A stretch of 64,000 nt of DNA. It comes from a virus. This document shows, piece by piece, positions 58,420 through 64,000 of the stretch. Under the pieces are notes generated by a model that did not search any database, was not told the origin of the DNA, and saw only the letters and a list, made by a program, of their open reading frames with translations. The DNA lies in IMG/VR virus record IMGVR_UViG_3300029286_000012; one strand, 5' to 3'. Position numbers and translations under genes: made by a program. Numbering within the stretch: the first letter of the stretch is position 1; each line of letters begins with the position of its first letter.

Positions 58420-59982
58420 ATGCGTGATTTATTAACATTACTTGAAAACTTGGCTATGGCAGAAGCCGCAAAGAAGGACCCCAATGCTCCTTCTACATTA
58501 TTTGCTAACGGCTTAACTCCTACACAAATTAACAAAGAACCAGGAAGATGGAATTTGTTAATCAATAAAATAAAAACTAACAAACCATTCGTTGACAATT
58601 ATACCGGTGAGGATATCTTCATCAAAGCTAGTGAAATAAATCGATTGACCCAACTTAAAGATGACGGTAAATTTAAGGGGGAGAAGATTACTATCATAAC
58701 TAAAGATGGTAGAGAAATCCCAATGGCCCAACTAGCTAAGAATGAAGAATTTGGTGGTAGCACTAAAGAGTCAGTTTTACTAAAGCCGTCATTAATTAAA
58801 ATCACGGATAAAAACATCCCAGCATCGGACTTATACTCAACTATTGAAAACAACCAAGTACTAGCTAGTACAGATTACGGACAAGTAGTTCAACAGCTTG
58901 CTACATACATTGTATCCGGTGAGTATGTTCAAATGCCAGAGGAATATACAACAAAAGAAAAAGAAAAAGAACGTAAAGCTATCGTTGACTATGCTGGTGA
59001 ATACTTAGGCGTATTAGCATTATTATATGACCGTAGTCGCTTCCCAAGAAAACGTCAGTTCCAAGAATGGCTAGGTGGTGATATGGGTGCGTTAGTATTA
59101 AACTTCCCAAGTGCGGCTAACAACAATATTGCTGATAGTTATGCTACTATTACTAATCCAGGAACAAGTCATAGCTTGAATATTTCAAGTAAAGGTACCG
59201 GTGGTGGCGCGGCCCCTGCTGTATCTGGGTTGAAAGTTAGTGAAGATATTAAACGTAATCCTAAACTAAGAAACGCAGTAAAGCTTATTGAATTATGCCA
59301 AGCAGGTAAAGATGCAACCGGGCCAAGTACGATTGTGCAAGCATTTAAAATTATGGATTTTTTATATCAAGTAAATCCAAATAGTATTCCTAAAATATGG
59401 CATAAGTTCTTACCGTTCTCAGCTAAGGCTCCAAAGATATTACAACAGAGTATTGACAGTATAAACAATGGATCTGGATTACCAGCATCATACCAACCAC
59501 TGCTTAATACAGTAAAAAGTGAGACTGCTACTGATGGCGGTAAGTTAGTATATCTAATCAAAAAAACAATAGCACGTGCTGTAAATGAAGATAATGCAAT
59601 CCCTGAATTCGCTGATACTATCTTACAAGTTTTGGAAATGAACTTTATCCAACAATACACTGATTATCATAGTAACGGTGAGTTAACCTTTGCAACACAA
59701 TGGCCATCTAAGTTAGAAGGTGTTGTAACATTAGAAAACAAATCAAGTGCTAAAGAACCAAGTAGTGCAGGCTTTAGTTTCAAATTGGGTAGAAATGCAC
59801 AAGACTACGAAGATCCAGGACCAGATGGTGCTACAGGTGATGTGGTTCAACCGGATGAATATGGTGACGATGTTGAGGTTGCGGCTGCTGACATTGTTGA
59901 ACCATCTCGCAGAAAAGAACCCAAACGTAAAGAACCCGTTGATACTGATACCGGTGGTGTTGGTCGCAAGAAACGTAAATAA
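58420..59982 (+). CDS. Large hypothetical protein, possible PD-(D/E)xK nuclease, putative head-packaged
   Basis: MRDLLTLLE start; K.EEFGG; YAGEYLG...NFP...ADS...ISSK. Confidence 0.45.
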   Translation: MRDLLTLLENLAMAEAAKKDPNAPSTLFANGLTPTQINKEPGRWNLLINKIKTNKPFVDNYTGEDIFIKASEINRLTQLKDDGKFKGEKITIITKDGREIPMAQLAKNEEFGGSTKESVLLKPSLIKITDKNIPASDLYSTIENNQVLASTDYGQVVQQLATYIVSGEYVQMPEEYTTKEKEKERKAIVDYAGEYLGVLALLYDRSRFPRKRQFQEWLGGDMGALVLNFPSAANNNIADSYATITNPGTSHSLNISSKGTGGGAAPAVSGLKVSEDIKRNPKLRNAVKLIELCQAGKDATGPSTIVQAFKIMDFLYQVNPNSIPKIWHKFLPFSAKAPKILQQSIDSINNGSGLPASYQPLLNTVKSETATDGGKLVYLIKKTIARAVNEDNAIPEFADTILQVLEMNFIQQYTDYHSNGELTFATQWPSKLEGVVTLENKSSAKEPSSAGFSFKLGRNAQDYEDPGPDGATGDVVQPDEYGDDVEVAAADIVEPSRRKEPKRKEPVDTDTGGVGRKKRK

Positions 59983-60052
59983 TTACCAAAAACATTTGAC
60001 AACAACATAAACACTTGTTATAATAGTAGAAATATTTTTATAAAGGAAGTTT

Positions 60053-60640
60053 ATGAGTCTAGTCCCAATCGTTATTGAACAAACAGCTAAAGGTGAGCGT
60101 AGTTATGATATCTACAGCCGTCTATTGCGTGACCGTGTTATTTTGCTTGAAGGCGAAGTGCATGACCAAATGGCAAATCTTATCGTTGCACAATTATTGT
60201 TCTTAGAGTCTGAGGGTGAAAAAGATATCTCAATGTATATCAATAGCCCAGGCGGTAGTGTAACTGCTGGTATGGCTATCTATGATTGTATGCAATTCAT
60301 CAAGCCTGATGTACAAACAATTGTTATGGGTCAAGCCTGTAGTATGGGTTCACTGCTTGCACAAGCAGGAGCTAAAGATAAACGCTTTATGTTGCCAAGC
60401 GCACGACATATGATTCATCAACCAAGTGGTGGCGCACGTGGTCAAGCAACTGATATGTTGATTCAGGTAGAAGAAATTTTAGCGATGAAAAAGAATCTTA
60501 CTGAAATCTATGTTAAGCATAACAGTGCAGGTAAGACATTTGAACAGCTTACACAAGATATGGAACGTGATAACTTTATGTCAGCCAAACAAGCTTTGGA
60601 CTATGGATTAATCGATAAAATTATCGAAAAACGAGAATAA
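60053..60640 (+). CDS. clpP: ATP-dependent Clp protease proteolytic subunit
   Basis: [35 protein letters not shown]; promoter TTGACA 59996-N17-TATAAT 60019. Confidence 0.97.
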   Translation: MSLVPIVIEQTAKGERSYDIYSRLLRDRVILLEGEVHDQMANLIVAQLLFLESEGEKDISMYINSPGGSVTAGMAIYDCMQFIKPDVQTIVMGQACSMGSLLAQAGAKDKRFMLPSARHMIHQPSGGARGQATDMLIQVEEILAMKKNLTEIYVKHNSAGKTFEQLTQDMERDNFMSAKQALDYGLIDKIIEKRE

Positions 60641-60655
60641 AAAGTACTACTTTTT

Positions 60656-60677
60656 GCCCCGGAAACGGGGCTTTTTT
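60656..60677 (+). terminator. Intrinsic terminator
   Basis: GCCCCG-gaaa-CGGGGC followed by TTTTTT. Confidence 0.85.
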
Positions 60678-60750
60678 ACGGTTACCAAAATTTGACAATA
60701 AATGGATTTGGGTCTATAATACATGTATAGATTGATTAAAGGACTTGAAA

Positions 60751-60975
60751 ATGACAAATTTTGAAAAAAACTGCTATGGTATAACTGAACAGGCTATCCG
60801 TGAGCAATACATGGAAAGCATCACTGCTAAGTGTTCTGGCCTTGAAATGGTCGTGATGGGTGTTCTTAGTGATGCCCAAGAGTTGTTAGCTATGGGTCGT
60901 AACGAAGCTTCCCGCAAGCAAATGAACATTGCCAAGTTTATTTTGTCAGAAATGATGGATGCTAAAGTATCCTAA
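60751..60975 (+). CDS. Early hypothetical protein
   Basis: After promoter cassette; AAGGA RBS. Confidence 0.6.
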   Translation: MTNFEKNCYGITEQAIREQYMESITAKCSGLEMVVMGVLSDAQELLAMGRNEASRKQMNIAKFILSEMMDAKVS

Positions 60976-61036
60976 ATTTGACAATAAATGGATTTGGGTA
61001 TATAATACTTGTATTGACTTAATTAAAGGACTAAAG

Positions 61037-61303
61037 ATGACTAAGAAAATTTCTATCAAAGTTTTTGGCGACCCCGGACACGCTTGGGCACGTTTCCCCA
61101 AAGCACGACTGGTCAAGCTTGGTATCGCTGATAAGATTACCCCCTACAGTTATCAGAATGGAGCTAATGCTTTCCTTGAGGAAGACTGTGACCTGTCAAC
61201 ATTGATGGCGGCTCTTAAGGCCAAGGGCTATGAAGTCAAATTCAATGAGAGTTTTACCAATAAACAAAGCAAAATCCGTGGTTATTGCTCATACAGAATT
61301 TGA
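61037..61303 (+). CDS. Early hypothetical protein
   Basis: DPGHAW...YSY...FLEEDCD. Confidence 0.65.
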   Translation: MTKKISIKVFGDPGHAWARFPKARLVKLGIADKITPYSYQNGANAFLEEDCDLSTLMAALKAKGYEVKFNESFTNKQSKIRGYCSYRI

Positions 61304-61334
61304 CAATAAATGGACATTGTGCTATAATACATTT

Positions 61335-61559
61335 ATGAAATCAAAAATCTTTATTAATCAACGTGACAACGACAAGTATTTCAAGCAGAAAATGCCTACT
61401 TGGCGCAATGGTTTCTGTGAGATTGTGCGTAATGTCACTATTGAACCAGATCCTCACGGCATCTATATGGATGGTGAGTGGGGTTACATCACGGTCTATG
61501 GCCGTAAGATTTATGTCACTAGGGCCGGCACTGAATTTTCTTTTGAAATTCGTGGCTAA
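61335..61559 (+). CDS. Early hypothetical protein (leaderless)
   Basis: ATG 6 nt after TATAAT. Confidence 0.55.
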   Translation: MKSKIFINQRDNDKYFKQKMPTWRNGFCEIVRNVTIEPDPHGIYMDGEWGYITVYGRKIYVTRAGTEFSFEIRG

Positions 61560-61626
61560 AAGGTTGACAATAAATGATTTTGGGTATATAATAGAATCTT
61601 AAACAGTTAAACAAAGGACTTACAAA

Positions 61627-62106
61627 ATGGCAACTCGCTCTACAATCGCTCTCGAATTCGCTGATGGTACTATTGGTCAAGTGTATTGTCACTGGGATGG
61701 TTATTTAGCTCACAACGGTAAAATGTTGATGGAGTATTATTCTAATCCCTTCGTTTTGCGTGACTTGATTGACCTCGGTAGCTTGTCTAGCTTGCGTCCT
61801 CAAATTGGTACTAAACATCCCTTCAGTATGTTTGAAGCAAACATGACACAGGATGAATACGCTAACCTGTATCGTGACATGTGTACATTCTATGGACGTG
61901 ATCGTGGTGAAGGTGAATACGAGGCTACATACTTTAAAGACTATGATCTACACTTTTTGGTTGACGGTCAAGAAGAAGAATACGATTACATTTTGCGTAA
62001 TGTTAATGGTGTTGCTACTTGGTTCGTATCCGATCACGGCGGTGACTTTAAGTTGTTGACAGAGGCACTTGCTAAAGAAGCACAAGAAGAATTAGAGGTA
62101 GCTTAA
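61627..62106 (+). CDS. Early hypothetical protein
   Basis: MATRSTI...YCHWDGY...FYGRDRGE...EEYDY. Confidence 0.7.
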   Translation: MATRSTIALEFADGTIGQVYCHWDGYLAHNGKMLMEYYSNPFVLRDLIDLGSLSSLRPQIGTKHPFSMFEANMTQDEYANLYRDMCTFYGRDRGEGEYEATYFKDYDLHFLVDGQEEEYDYILRNVNGVATWFVSDHGGDFKLLTEALAKEAQEELEVA

Positions 62107-62107
62107 T

Positions 62108-62440
62108 ATGGAAGCAGTAGTAGAAACAACAGTTTGGAATGATAGCAACCTTGCCAATCACACATACTTACTTGATGGAACCAAAATGGTTGCGTATATC
62201 AAGGTTGGTTCTACTACTCCTGTCTATTTCAAATCTCCGATCACAATAGACAAACGTGGTCGTAAATTTGTAACAGTAAACCCGAATCCTTTTAAAAAGA
62301 TTAAAGAAAAGAGTACAATAGTCAAAGTGTCTGGTAGTAAAGGCAATGTCTATTCTATCGACACTGATGAAAAAACTTGTACATGTCCAGGATATATGTA
62401 TCGTGGAACTTGTAAACACATTACGGAGTTAGTTAAATGA
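62108..62440 (+). CDS. SWIM zinc-finger protein
   Basis: GSKGNVY...CTCPGY..RGTCKH. Confidence 0.75.
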   Translation: MEAVVETTVWNDSNLANHTYLLDGTKMVAYIKVGSTTPVYFKSPITIDKRGRKFVTVNPNPFKKIKEKSTIVKVSGSKGNVYSIDTDEKTCTCPGYMYRGTCKHITELVK

Positions 62441-62649
62441 ATGATTATAATACGCATATAGATCCCGAGTATCCATACTCTATCGTAATACCCACTAACA
62501 ACATACAAATGTCAGCGACTAATAGTCCTACAAGTAAGTGGTTACGAACTAAAAAGTATCCCTACATTGTAGGTGGTACTTTTGAAAGACACATTTTTAG
62601 ATTTAAAGAATACAAACATGCTAAAGCGTTTGCGTTAAAATGGAAATAA
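62437..62649 (+). CDS. Hypothetical protein
   Basis: C-terminal FALKW. Confidence 0.5.
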   Translation: MNDYNTHIDPEYPYSIVIPTNNIQMSATNSPTSKWLRTKKYPYIVGGTFERHIFRFKEYKHAKAFALKWK

Positions 62650-62650
62650 A

Positions 62651-63499
62651 ATGAGAATAGCATTATGCAGTGACCTGCATTTAGAGTTTGAAGATGTAGA
62701 CCTCAAGAATACAGAAAATGCTGAGGTCCTTATCCTATCGGGTGATATTATGTTGGCGGCAGATTTACATAGTCATCCGGAAATAGATTATGAAATGTAT
62801 TCGACTGTTAAACTTGAAGACCTAGGTCGCAGACAAAAAACAGCATTACGCTTCCGTGACTTCCTCAAACGAGTAAGTAATGGGTTTCCTCACGTTGTTT
62901 ATGTTGCAGGCAACCACGAATTCTATCACGGCAAATGGAATGCTAGTTTAGAGCACCTACGTACTGAATGTGCCAAGTACCCAAATATTTACTTTTTGGA
63001 ACGTGATATCAAAGTCATTAATGATTATACATTCATTGGTGCTACATTGTGGACCGATTGTAATAAGAGTGATAGATTAACTATATTGTCATTGAATGAC
63101 ATGATGAATGATTACCGTGTTATTCGCAACGATGAACATGAGTATGCTAGATTGCACCCAGATAGTACAATACAACGCCATCATCAAACGATTGGTTATT
63201 TGAAGGCAGTTTTACCTGATTTGAAAGATAAAAAGGTTGTGTTTGTAGGACATCATGGTCCTTCTGCAATGAGTACACACCCTAGATATCAATACGAAAC
63301 ACATATGAATGGTGGATATCGCAGTGAGTTAAGTGAGTTTATTTTGGATCATCCGCAAATTAAATTATGGACTCACGGTCATATGCACGACCCGTTTGAC
63401 TATATGATCGGCACGACCAGAGTGGTTTGTAATCCTCGCGGATATTCGGGCCACGATGAACAAGCTGATGTATTTCAGCTAAAGTTTTTGGACATATAA
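62651..63499 (+). CDS. Calcineurin-like metallophosphoesterase
   Basis: SDLHLE, SGDI, AGNHEFY, GHHGP, THGHMH, NPRGY. Confidence 0.9.
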   Translation: MRIALCSDLHLEFEDVDLKNTENAEVLILSGDIMLAADLHSHPEIDYEMYSTVKLEDLGRRQKTALRFRDFLKRVSNGFPHVVYVAGNHEFYHGKWNASLEHLRTECAKYPNIYFLERDIKVINDYTFIGATLWTDCNKSDRLTILSLNDMMNDYRVIRNDEHEYARLHPDSTIQRHHQTIGYLKAVLPDLKDKKVVFVGHHGPSAMSTHPRYQYETHMNGGYRSELSEFILDHPQIKLWTHGHMHDPFDYMIGTTRVVCNPRGYSGHDEQADVFQLKFLDI

Positions 63500-63595
63500 A
63501 TGAAACAAGGTGTCCAGAATATATTGTATGATAATAGAAAGTATCGTATAATCTATACACGTTGTGAGAACAACGAAATTTTTAAGGAAAATAAA

Positions 63596-63856
63596 ATGAA
63601 CGTAACTAAGCAAACAGCCTTACTTGAGGCACTAAAGAACGGTGAAGAACTCACTGCAAAGCAAATCACAAGCCGTTTCGGTATTGCTAACCCAACAGCA
63701 ACCGTAAGCGACCTTCGCATCCGCGGTGGTTTTGCTGTTTACGCTAACAAGCGTACCAACAAGCGTGGTGAAACTTTCACTAAGTACCGTTTGGGTACAC
63801 CAACCCGTGCAGTAGTAGCCGCAGGTTACCGTGCAATGGCAATGGGTCTAGTTTAA
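63596..63856 (+). CDS. Winged-helix DNA-binding protein
   Basis: ATG at 63596 with AAGGA RBS; LTAKQITSRFGIANPTATVSDLR. Confidence 0.65.
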   Translation: MNVTKQTALLEALKNGEELTAKQITSRFGIANPTATVSDLRIRGGFAVYANKRTNKRGETFTKYRLGTPTRAVVAAGYRAMAMGLV

Positions 63857-63876
63857 TCTCTATATTGAGATGAGAC

Positions 63877-63897
63877 AAAGGGCATTCGTGCCCTTTT
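63877..63897 (+). terminator. Intrinsic terminator
   Basis: AAAGGGCA-ttcg-TGCCCTTTT. Confidence 0.8.
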
Positions 63898-64000
63898 CCT
63901 ACGTGTATCACTTGCGTTTAATTCAAAAGTATGTTATAATATTACATAGTATAGGAGAATGTATGAGTTTATTTCACAAGATTATGAACAAGCTAGGTCG

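Larger units (their letters stand above)
60692..61592 (+). repeat. Four further copies of the early-promoter cassette (TTGACA at 60692, 60978, 61300, 61564)
   Basis: TTGACAATAAATG..N..TATAAT with 17-bp spacer, each directly upstream of a small ORF. Confidence 0.9.

Noticed and set aside
60640-60654. Palindrome AAAAGTA-C-TACTTTT as an operator
   Set aside because: Single AT-rich copy adjacent to a terminator; could be chance
44983-61610. CRISPR array from the repeated ~30-49 bp sequence
   Set aside because: Repeats are promoter consensus sequences separated by roughly 260-330 bp of whole genes; no cas genes
1-64000. Alternative genetic code (stop-codon reassignment), as in some large phages
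   Set aside because: Known genes are full length under code 11, and TAA, TGA and TAG all act as stops
1-64000. tRNA or rRNA genes
   Set aside because: No cloverleaf or T-loop (GTTCGA-type) arrangement recognised in the short intergenic gaps; tRNAscan-SE would be decisive

Overview
This 64 kb window is AT-rich, gene-dense and almost entirely + strand. It comes from a large (jumbo-type, T4-superfamily-like) dsDNA bacteriophage. The host is probably a Gram-negative proteobacterium, inferred from the bS21, ClpS, YccA, Tat signal and lipoprotein content. Standard genetic code fits; no tRNA, rRNA or CRISPR was seen. Layout: (1) 1-9.8 kb, putative head-packaged proteins with T4-like capsid-targeting N-termini, plus Dps and a thermonuclease; (2) 9.8-14.3 kb, TilS, a DsbA/GapR-like protein, family B DNA polymerase and sliding clamp; (3) 14.3-28.7 kb, a 7-deazaguanine DNA-modification locus (DpdA/TGT-like transglycosylase, DpdL-like T-fold protein, FolE, QueD, QueE, no QueC in the window) interleaved with two glycosyltransferases, two cytidylyltransferases, a cupin, a class II aldolase and a GalE-type epimerase; (4) UvsE, a helicase-HNH cassette, RNase H, radical SAM enzymes and other AT-rich cargo; (5) early-gene islands built on a repeated sigma70 promoter cassette, and DNA ligase; (6) ClpX, bS21, Hsp20, ClpS and ClpP. 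The best candidate for an undescribed system is a replication-coupled, glycosylated deazaguanine (or companion-base) DNA hypermodification: the transglycosylase and one glycosyltransferase share the polymerase's C-terminal clamp-binding-type motif. Second is virion-packaged proteins whose export signals (Tat/Sec) sit behind a prohead-protease cleavage site. All calls come from motif recognition by eye; no database searches were run.
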